This document shows, piece by piece, positions 55,402 through 63,175 of a stretch of 64,000 nt of DNA. How positions within the stretch are numbered: position 1 is the stretch's first letter; every line of letters starts with the position of its first letter. The translations under genes and the position numbers were made by a program. The DNA comes from Spirochaetia bacterium (GTDB taxonomy: Bacteria > Spirochaetota > Leptospiria > Turneriellales > JAOUFE01), in NCBI GenBank assembly GCA_029857955.1, contig JAOUFY010000002.1, positions 58,141-122,140 on the forward strand, written 5' to 3'. The notes below the pieces were generated by a model. It saw only the letters and a program-made list of their open reading frames with translations, did not search any database and was not told where the DNA came from.

Positions 55402-57294
55402 ATGAAAAATAACTCTCTAAACATTGAATATGATATTTTATCATCTGATGACCCTATCGAAGAAATGCCTTTAAAAATTAACAATTTTATAAATCCGATT
55501 ATAGATCTATTGCACCCTGAAGCAAGCAGTATACATGAAGATATAAATCACTTAGAACTTACTGAAGATGAGATAGACGATGTTTTAACAAAAAGTGATA
55601 CTTTCCATTTAGACATGGAGGAAATTCATGATGATTTTAAACTGGAAACTTCAAATCACGATTCAATACCTTCTTTGAATATTAATGATGAAAATGATAA
55701 TGAAATTATTTCACATAATGACTTTGACTTTACTAATAATTCATATGATAACATCGATGTAGATGTAACGAAAAGCAATATTGAACAACCGCAAGACAAT
55801 AGTTTTGAAACAGAGTTTAATATTGATGACAATGAAAAAAAAGATACTTCTATTGAAGATGATTTTTTTGAAGAAACTGAGGAAGGGCCAATTGCGCTTT
55901 CTGACGAAGAACTCGAAAGTGCGCTCTCAGATACTTCAAGCCTGACTGCTGATACACTTGATACGACTGAAAAATCAAATGATAATGAAGTAAGTTTAGA
56001 AGATGAATTTGATTTTACCTATAATCCAGATGATAACATCGATGTAGACGCAAAGAAAAGCAATATTGAACAGCCGCAAGACAATAGTTTTGAAACAGAA
56101 TTTAATATCGATGACAATGAAAAAAAAGCTACTTCCACCGATGATAATTTTTTTGAAGAAACAGATGAAGGACCAATTGCACTTTCTGACGAAGAACTCG
56201 AAAGTGCACTCTCGGAAACTTCAAGCCTGACTGCTGATTCACTTGATACGAACGAAAAACCAAATGAAAAGGAAACAAGTTTAGATGATGAATTTGATTT
56301 TTCCTATAATCCACATGATAACATCGATGTAGACGCAAAGAAAAGCAATATTGAACAACCACAAGACAATAGTTTTGAAACAGAGTTTAATATTGATGAC
56401 AATGAAAAAAAAGATACTTCCATTGATGATAATTTTTTTGAAGAAACAGATGAAGGACCAATTGCACTTTCTGACGAAGAACTCGAAAGTGCACTCTCGA
56501 ATACTGAAAACGCAACCTCAGATCAACCGATAATTCTAGAAGATGTATCTAATCAAGAGATAAGCCTTGAAGATGACTTTGATTTTTCATTTAAGCCTGA
56601 TGAAAGTAAAAATGGTGAAATAGAAAAATCTTCAAATAATATCGAACAAGTTAATGATGATCTATTTGAAAAAGATATGAAAATAAATGAATCAAATACA
56701 GATGATTCGATGGAAAAAAACTTTTTTGAAGAAAATGAAGATGAACCTATTACACTTTCTGAAGAAGAACTTGAAAATACATTAATGGAACCAGAACCTT
56801 CGCAAAAGAATTATGAAGGCAATGAAATTGATGAAAAATTAAACGAAAATTTTGATATTCCTGTTTTTGATGATGAACTTTTAGATGAAACAGAATCAGT
56901 TAATTCAAGCGATGATGAAAATACAAGTAACACAATAAGTGATGCTGATAAAGCCTATAAAGAAACCTCTCAACAAGTAGATTCAGAAGAAGACAATGAG
57001 TGGGAAATAGAATTGACGCCGGATGACTACAAAAAAACTCCTGAAATAAAACAGGATCTGGAAGTTAAACCATCAGCAAGCAATGATGCATCTGATATGA
57101 TTTCAGATGAGGAAGGTAAAGTGAATTTTCATGAAGAGTCCAATGTTTCTTTGCCAAATCGCGATGAACTAAAAAAAGTTGTAGCCTATCTGGACAATCT
57201 TCTTGGTGAATTGCCCGACGAATTAATTGAAAAGTTTGCTAAATCAGAGTATTTTAAATTGTACCAAAAAGTAATGGAAGATCTTGGTTTATAA
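55402..57294 (+). CDS. Extremely acidic repeat protein (630 aa) with a conserved-looking helical C-terminal tail
   Basis: D/E/N/S-rich throughout. Three near-identical 95-aa repeats plus one degenerate copy. C-terminus LPNRDELKKVVAYLDNLLGELPDELIEKFAKSEYFKLYQKVMEDLGL. No known domain recognised. Confidence 0.6.
   Translation: MKNNSLNIEYDILSSDDPIEEMPLKINNFINPIIDLLHPEASSIHEDINHLELTEDEIDDVLTKSDTFHLDMEEIHDDFKLETSNHDSIPSLNINDENDNEIISHNDFDFTNNSYDNIDVDVTKSNIEQPQDNSFETEFNIDDNEKKDTSIEDDFFEETEEGPIALSDEELESALSDTSSLTADTLDTTEKSNDNEVSLEDEFDFTYNPDDNIDVDAKKSNIEQPQDNSFETEFNIDDNEKKATSTDDNFFEETDEGPIALSDEELESALSETSSLTADSLDTNEKPNEKETSLDDEFDFSYNPHDNIDVDAKKSNIEQPQDNSFETEFNIDDNEKKDTSIDDNFFEETDEGPIALSDEELESALSNTENATSDQPIILEDVSNQEISLEDDFDFSFKPDESKNGEIEKSSNNIEQVNDDLFEKDMKINESNTDDSMEKNFFEENEDEPITLSEEELENTLMEPEPSQKNYEGNEIDEKLNENFDIPVFDDELLDETESVNSSDDENTSNTISDADKAYKETSQQVDSEEDNEWEIELTPDDYKKTPEIKQDLEVKPSASNDASDMISDEEGKVNFHEESNVSLPNRDELKKVVAYLDNLLGELPDELIEKFAKSEYFKLYQKVMEDLGL
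55723..56577 (+). repeat. Tandem direct repeat, 3 x 285 bp (in-frame, 95 aa each), with a fourth degenerate unit to about 56800
   Basis: Unit starts (TTT GAY TTT = FDF) at 55723, 56008 and 56293, with the degenerate unit at 56578. Long stretches are nearly identical at nucleotide level (e.g. aacatcgatgtaga...agcaatattgaaca.ccgcaagacaatagttttgaaacaga.tttaatat.gatgacaatgaaaaaaaag). Confidence 0.9.
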
Positions 57295-59003
57295 TGGGAT
57301 TAAAAGACAAAGCAAGTAATTCTCGAAACGCATCCAGACAAATTGGGGCATTAAAAAATGACCAGGATTTTTACAATTCGTATGCCCAGGATGAAATTTC
57401 TTTTGATCAAGAAAAAATGCTCGATATTTTAAAAAAAAAAGGTAAAATAGATAAAGAGGAGTTATTTAAAACTGGAAAAACTGGACTTGAAGAAAATCTT
57501 TCACGTTATCTTTTACCGGACGATTTATCTGGTTCAACACAACCTGCAGATTCAGATTATTCATTAAATAGTCGTTTAGAAGCACTGATAAACCTGATTG
57601 AACTCTCCAAAGAATTGGCGTTAACCGATAATCCTGAAGAACTATGGGAGTCTTTATTATTTAATATACTTGGTCAGGTCGGAGCAAGAGAGGCGGCAAT
57701 TTTTATTAAAGATGATAACCGCATGCAGCTAAAAGCATATAAAGGTTTTATTTTTCCTGAAAACTTTAATTTATCAAAACGTTCAGGAATTGAACGAATT
57801 TTACAAAAAGATTTAAATATTCATTATGGAAATAAATTATCAAATGATATTGTCGGTGATGAATATACCTTATTTACGTCACTTCAGATCGAACTTGTAA
57901 TTCCTATCATTCAAATTGAAGAATTAAATGGTTTTATTTTAATTGGAAAAACAATTGGAGCCAGCGACTATTCTATAGAAGATTTATTGTATTTAAAACT
58001 TCTCGGTGAAGTGATAGGATCATTTCATTCTGTAATACAAAAAAGTGAAATCATAAACAATCAAAAAAAAATATGGAATTCTAGAGAAAAAGTTTATCAA
58101 AAGTACCTTTACTTTCAACAACAAATACAATCTGGTAAAACCCCTGAAGAAACTCAGCAAATATTCAATACTTATATGACTGATCTTTTTAAATTTCAAG
58201 CCTATCTATTGTTTATTTTAAACGAAAAGGAAGAGTATCTTCTCACTGCTCAAAAAGGATTACAGGAAAGTAGTTATAAAAACTTGCGATTTTCTCCAGA
58301 AGATGAAGTCATCTTCAAATGCCAGCAACACCATACATGGTTTACTTATGAAAACTTGTTAGATGAAACGATGTTTAGCAGCAATTTATCTAAAGAAGAT
58401 AAGATCATCTTAAAAGAATGCAGGATTTTGCCTTTACATTTTCATGGTAACCTTTATGGCTTTTTTATTTTACTAAATGTAAAAAATGATATACCTACAG
58501 AATACATGCATTACGCACAAAATATAATCATCACTTATTTTTGGTATTATCTAAGCCACATTTATTTAAAAAAGGCGCAAAAAAACTTAAAAATATCAAT
58601 TACTGATCCAATGCACGCAATTAAAGATGTAATATCTCGTCACGAAAAAATACTTTCTAAAAAAGGAATCCCCTACTCCATTTTTATTATTCAAATTACC
58701 AATCTTGATCGTTTAGAAAATCTTTTTGGAGAAAAATTTACTTTTACATTACGAAGAAAAATTAAAAAAATATTAAATCAGGAATTTTCAAATTCAAAAT
58801 TTATTTCTGAATTATTTTCCAATAAATTTATAGTTATTTTTGAAAAAATCGATAAATCCATGCTATGGATTTACGATAAAAATTTTATTAAAAAAGTAAA
58901 TGCGGCTTTTGATAATGAACAAAAAAGACCTCTCTTAAATAATCGCCTTTATTCACGACCTGAAGATAAGGAAAGAACTCTTGAACAATTAATAAATTAT
59001 TAA
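57294..59003 (+). CDS. GAF-GAF protein with a degenerate GGDEF-like C-terminal domain
   Basis: The start overlaps the upstream stop (TAATG). GAF-like cores (GAREAAIFIKDDNRMQLKAYKGF...ELVIPIIQIEELNGFILIGK; a second in LLFILNEKEEYLLTAQKG...ILPLHFHGNLYGFFILL). The C-terminal segment has GGDEF-domain spacing (IQITNLDRLENLFGEKFTFTLRRKI...) but reads FSNKF where GGDEF would sit. Confidence 0.5.
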   Translation: MGLKDKASNSRNASRQIGALKNDQDFYNSYAQDEISFDQEKMLDILKKKGKIDKEELFKTGKTGLEENLSRYLLPDDLSGSTQPADSDYSLNSRLEALINLIELSKELALTDNPEELWESLLFNILGQVGAREAAIFIKDDNRMQLKAYKGFIFPENFNLSKRSGIERILQKDLNIHYGNKLSNDIVGDEYTLFTSLQIELVIPIIQIEELNGFILIGKTIGASDYSIEDLLYLKLLGEVIGSFHSVIQKSEIINNQKKIWNSREKVYQKYLYFQQQIQSGKTPEETQQIFNTYMTDLFKFQAYLLFILNEKEEYLLTAQKGLQESSYKNLRFSPEDEVIFKCQQHHTWFTYENLLDETMFSSNLSKEDKIILKECRILPLHFHGNLYGFFILLNVKNDIPTEYMHYAQNIIITYFWYYLSHIYLKKAQKNLKISITDPMHAIKDVISRHEKILSKKGIPYSIFIIQITNLDRLENLFGEKFTFTLRRKIKKILNQEFSNSKFISELFSNKFIVIFEKIDKSMLWIYDKNFIKKVNAAFDNEQKRPLLNNRLYSRPEDKERTLEQLINY

Positions 59004-59057
59004 TTACAGAAAAAGTATATTAATAAAAATGGATTTTTTGCCGAAAATCTATTAGTT

Positions 59058-60122
59058 ATGTCTCACTACCTTCATAAATTTAAAAAACATAAAAATCAAA
59101 GTTTATTTGTTAACAAATTACAATACTATATAATTGTTTATTTCGTTGTAGCTTTCCCCTCGATCATTCAATCACAGGGATGGCCTAAATATGACCAGCG
59201 CGGGAATCTAACTGAAAGTTATTCCAGTCAAGGTTTAGCATTATACATTACATCCAGCAAATCCAGATATCTTACGGATGAAACTATTTCAATTAACTGT
59301 CAGATTAAAAATGAAGGCCTGTATCCAATCACGATTTATTTAAATAATGAAATATTAAAAAATTTTACATTTATTATACGTGATAATAAGGGGCAAAGCT
59401 TGCCATTAAAAACTGATTCTATAAAAAGCAGATCTAGAGAAATTAAAAATCAAACTTATTTTGGAGATTACACCGCAACCGACTATAATGCAAGAGCAAT
59501 GGTCATTCAGCCTGGTGAATCTGTTACAAAGTCTTTTAATCTAAGTGAGTTTTTAACAAAAGATGTAATAAATTCAACGTCAAATACCCTCAATGTAATG
59601 GCTTATTTTTATCCAAATCCTGAGCAGTCCAATCAACTGTATATTCCTTCCAGTAACCAGTATAGCATTTACATAGATTCTGGAAACATCTATAAAACAA
59701 ATAAATATTACAGTGAACATCAATTAGCCATGCAGGAATTAAAAGTTTCTCCCAAAGAGGTGATATATTTAATGTTAACTGCTGAATATGAAAAAAACTG
59801 GTTAAATTTTTTCAAATATTTAGATTTAAAAGAGATAATACGAGATTATCCTGATCAGGCAAGACAATACATAAGAGCCCCTGACGATAAAAAAAATCTT
59901 GTAATTGAAGATTTTAAAAATTATTTAATGGGTTCATCACATCATAAATTGTTAAAATTTGAAGTTGTCAGTGAAAATATAGAAAATAAAAATGCAACAG
60001 TAAAGGTTAAAGCAATGAGAGAAGTAGATGGATTTGACAGAGATTTAATCTATACATATTATTTAAGTGAAAGAGATAAATTATGGCAAATTTCCGGTGT
60101 GGATTCACAACTGGCGAAATAA
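59058..60122 (+). CDS. Hypothetical exported/anchored protein (354 aa)
   Basis: N-terminal hydrophobic segment YYIIVYFVVAFPSIIQSQG. A beta-rich middle and an alpha+beta C-terminal part. No motif recognised. Confidence 0.5.
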   Translation: MSHYLHKFKKHKNQSLFVNKLQYYIIVYFVVAFPSIIQSQGWPKYDQRGNLTESYSSQGLALYITSSKSRYLTDETISINCQIKNEGLYPITIYLNNEILKNFTFIIRDNKGQSLPLKTDSIKSRSREIKNQTYFGDYTATDYNARAMVIQPGESVTKSFNLSEFLTKDVINSTSNTLNVMAYFYPNPEQSNQLYIPSSNQYSIYIDSGNIYKTNKYYSEHQLAMQELKVSPKEVIYLMLTAEYEKNWLNFFKYLDLKEIIRDYPDQARQYIRAPDDKKNLVIEDFKNYLMGSSHHKLLKFEVVSENIENKNATVKVKAMREVDGFDRDLIYTYYLSERDKLWQISGVDSQLAK

Positions 60123-60184
60123 ATGATTGTACACAGTTATAAAATATGAGACGATTTAATGGATAGAAATTACGGCGGGATAAA

Positions 60185-61207
60185 ATGACAGATATACTAT
60201 CACAAGACGAAATTGATCAGTTATTAAATGCAATATCAAGCGGAGATATTCAACCTGAAGAATTTTCTCAACAGGCCGAACAAAAAAAAGTAAAAATCTA
60301 TGACTTTAAAAGACCGGACAAGTTTTCTAAAGATCAAATTAGAACGGTTCAGATGATGCATGAAACTTTTGCGCGTCTGACAACAACGGCTTTATCTGCA
60401 AAACTGAGATCGATGGTTGGCGTACACGTTACCAGTGTGGATCAGTTAACCTATGAGGAGTTTATACGTTCTATTCCAAACCCGACAACTCTGGCATTAA
60501 TCAATATGGATCCTCTAAAAGGTTCGGCAATTCTAGAAGTTGATCCTGCCATTACATTTACGATCATTGATCGATTATTTGGCGGTACGGGTGAACATTA
60601 TAAAATTAACCGTGAATTAACCGACATTGAACTATCCGTTATTGAAGGTATTGTTGTACATATACTTGGAAACCTTCGTGAAGCCTGGTCTACTGTAATT
60701 GACCTTCGACCGCGACTTGGTACCATTGAAACAAATCCACAATTTGCGCAGATCGTACCTCCAAATGAGATGGTAATGCTCATTACACTTGAAACTAAAA
60801 TCGGTGAAAGCGAAGGTATGATGAACCTTTGTATACCATACATCACCATTGAACCTATCATTGCTAAACTTTCAGCCCAATACTGGTTTTCTTCCATACG
60901 AAGAGGAGAATCAGAAGTAAATATGAAAATTATACAAAATCGACTCGAAAATGTAGAAGTAGAAGTTCGAGTTGAAGTTGGTGAGGCAATGCTTCCATTT
61001 TCGGAGTTCATCAATCTGGAAGTTGGCGAAACGATTAAATTAAACACTCGAGTTCATGATGACTTTACATTGCGTGTGGGCGAAAGACCCAAATACAAAT
61101 GCCGTCCGGGACGCGTTGGAGCACACCTTGCGGTGCAAATTGGCGAAGAAATACATGAGGTACCTGATGAATTCCTCATTACCAGTCGTTCTCAGGAAGA
61201 TTATTAA
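60185..61207 (+). CDS. fliM: Flagellar motor switch protein FliM
   Basis: N-terminal CheY-P-binding motif LSQDEIDQLLNAI. YDFKRPDKFSKDQIR, GGTG loop (DRLFGGTGE). C-terminal SpoA-like domain. 340 aa. Confidence 0.9.
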   Translation: MTDILSQDEIDQLLNAISSGDIQPEEFSQQAEQKKVKIYDFKRPDKFSKDQIRTVQMMHETFARLTTTALSAKLRSMVGVHVTSVDQLTYEEFIRSIPNPTTLALINMDPLKGSAILEVDPAITFTIIDRLFGGTGEHYKINRELTDIELSVIEGIVVHILGNLREAWSTVIDLRPRLGTIETNPQFAQIVPPNEMVMLITLETKIGESEGMMNLCIPYITIEPIIAKLSAQYWFSSIRRGESEVNMKIIQNRLENVEVEVRVEVGEAMLPFSEFINLEVGETIKLNTRVHDDFTLRVGERPKYKCRPGRVGAHLAVQIGEEIHEVPDEFLITSRSQEDY

Positions 61208-61211
61208 AATT

Positions 61212-62168
61212 TTAAATTAAAACAGGTATTGACTCAGGTTGAAAATTATTTAATATTTCATGAATTTTTTCGGCCTTTGTTTCTGTAATTAGTTTTTGTT
61301 TAATTGCCGATGAAGACGCAATTCCTTTTAAATATCTCGTAATTTGTTTTCTAAACAATAAAACTCCTTGAGATTCACCATGATAGGCAACATTTAAATC
61401 TAAATGCCGCAAAATTACACCAACTCTTTCTAAATATGATATTTCATTTAATTTTTTATCTGAAAAAACCCAGGGATTTCCCATAGCTTTTCTGCCAATT
61501 AAAACTCCATCTACGCCATATTGATATATTTTGTTTCTGGCATCAGCAAGATCTAATACGTCTCCGTTACCAAAGACTGGTATCTGTACATTTTCTTTTA
61601 AAAGAGAAATTTCTTCCCATGAGGCATTACCTTTATAACCCATTGTTCGAGTTCTTGCATGTATAAAAACCGCCCATGCGCCCTCACCTTCTAGAATTTT
61701 TCCAATCTCAATATAGTTTTTTTCGGAATCTGACCAGCCTAGTCTTATTTTACCTGAAACAGGTACCTTGATTATTTTTTTTAGAGCGGAAAATAATTTA
61801 ATAACTTTTTGTGGTTCATGCATTAACCCTACACCAGCGCCTCTTTGACAAATCTTTTTAACAGAGCAGCCCATGTTGATGTCTATGGCATCCGGCTTTT
61901 TTTCTTCAACCAAACGAGCAGCTTCTACAATGGTATCAACATCATGTCCAAAAATTTGAAAGATCACAGGCCTTTCAACTTCATCGTACTGGAGTATTTT
62001 ATGGGTCTTTTCAATTTTCCTGCATACTGCATCTGCAGCTACAAATTCAGTAAAACTAAAAGCAGACCCAAGCTCCCTGCAAATCATTCGAAATGGCATA
62101 TCAGTATATCCATCCATAGGAGCCAGAGCTACAGGATTTTTAGGCAGTATAGATAAAATATGTTCCAT
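61212..62168 (-). CDS. dus: tRNA-dihydrouridine synthase
   Basis: LAPMDGYTDMPFR, DINMGCSVKK (catalytic Cys context), FIHARTR. 318 aa. Confidence 0.85.
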   Translation of the reverse strand: MEHILSILPKNPVALAPMDGYTDMPFRMICRELGSAFSFTEFVAADAVCRKIEKTHKILQYDEVERPVIFQIFGHDVDTIVEAARLVEEKKPDAIDINMGCSVKKICQRGAGVGLMHEPQKVIKLFSALKKIIKVPVSGKIRLGWSDSEKNYIEIGKILEGEGAWAVFIHARTRTMGYKGNASWEEISLLKENVQIPVFGNGDVLDLADARNKIYQYGVDGVLIGRKAMGNPWVFSDKKLNEISYLERVGVILRHLDLNVAYHGESQGVLLFRKQITRYLKGIASSSAIKQKLITETKAEKIHEILNNFQPESIPVLI

Positions 62169-62206
62169 TATTGATGATTGATTATTAAATAATATGTTTT
62201 ACAAAT

Positions 62207-62251
62207 GGGGGAAGGCCGCAACCATGTGCGGCCTTGGGGGCATAGCCCCCG
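62207..62251. other. Isolated GC-rich tandem hairpin element in a divergent intergenic region
   Basis: Hairpin 1: aaggccgca (62212-62220) / tgcggcctt (62227-62235), loop accatg. Hairpin 2: gggggc (62236-62241) / gccccc (62245-62250), loop ata. An upstream ggggg (62207-62211) could alternatively pair with ccccc. Confidence 0.5.
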
Positions 62252-62322
62252 TTTATCCTGGTTTTATTTATACATGTCATTTTTTTTTATTGACTTAACG
62301 AGCAAATTTGTTTTTTTGCGTT

Positions 62323-63105
62323 ATGAAAAAATTTATCGGATGCTCTATTTTATTGGTTATAAGCTTATTAACGTTTAACTGTTCCAAAAATTATGATGCT
62401 CTGTATCTTGAAGCCATGGATTTAAAAAATCAAGGTAAATACACAGAAGCCAGAGAGGTTTTTGAAAAAGCTGCAGTTAAAAAAGAAACTCCTGAGGTTT
62501 ATAAGGAAATTGCAAATTTTTATATTGAATATTCAAAAGATTATAATAAAGCTGAAGATTATCTTCAAAAATCTTTAAAACTTAATCCCAATTATCCGAA
62601 CTCTATTCATAACATGGGTCTTGTTTATTTAAAAAAATATGAAAAAAGTGTAGAAAATAATGAAATAAATAATGAGTATTTGAAAACTTCCGAACAATGG
62701 TTTACAAAAAACATAAACTTAAACCCTGACTTTGGATTATCATATGCAGAGTACGGTATGGTCTTGTTTTATAATAAAAAAAATAACGATGCTGTTTTAA
62801 AAATTAAAACCGGTATTGAAAAAGGAGCTAATAAAAGTTACGCCCATCTCTTACTCGGAAAAATTTATTTTAATGGTTATCAGGATTATAATCTAGCGCT
62901 AGAAAACTTCAATATCGCTTATAATGATTTTGGCAAAGATCCTTTTTTATTAAAAATGATGGCTCTTACAAATAAAAAATTAAACCATATCAATGATGCT
63001 CGTACCTATTATCATAAATACATAAAATCTCTGGAAGACTCAGGATTACCTGAAGAAATGATTAAAAAAGCCAGAGAAGATGAATCAAAACTGATCTCAG
63101 GTTAA
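62323..63105 (+). CDS. TPR-repeat lipoprotein
   Basis: Preferred start ATG 62323 (MKKFIGCSILLVISLLTFNCSK, spirochaete-style lipobox). The track ORF starts at TTG 62308. Several TPR-like units (e.g. AEDYLQKSLKLNPNYPNSIHNMGLVYL). Confidence 0.6.
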   Translation: MKKFIGCSILLVISLLTFNCSKNYDALYLEAMDLKNQGKYTEAREVFEKAAVKKETPEVYKEIANFYIEYSKDYNKAEDYLQKSLKLNPNYPNSIHNMGLVYLKKYEKSVENNEINNEYLKTSEQWFTKNINLNPDFGLSYAEYGMVLFYNKKNNDAVLKIKTGIEKGANKSYAHLLLGKIYFNGYQDYNLALENFNIAYNDFGKDPFLLKMMALTNKKLNHINDARTYYHKYIKSLEDSGLPEEMIKKAREDESKLISG

Positions 63106-63175
63106 GTTTACATTAGCATAGGAGCGATAATAATTAATATAAATATAATATTTTAGTATATTTATATTGATCATT

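Noticed and set aside
55723-56800. Regularly spaced repeats considered as a CRISPR array or satellite
   Set aside because: The period is 285 bp with no unique spacers. The repeats are in-frame inside a long ORF and conserved at protein level, so this is a coding tandem repeat and not CRISPR.
60598-61047. 149-aa antisense ORF inside fliM, and similar antisense ORFs (13684-14085, 54294-54653, 49254-49610, 38750-39040, 61845-62156)
   Set aside because: Each lies fully inside a well-supported gene on the opposite strand. They have Ser/Ile/Phe-rich compositions with no motifs and no SD. This is a typical stop-codon-poor antisense frame of a real gene.
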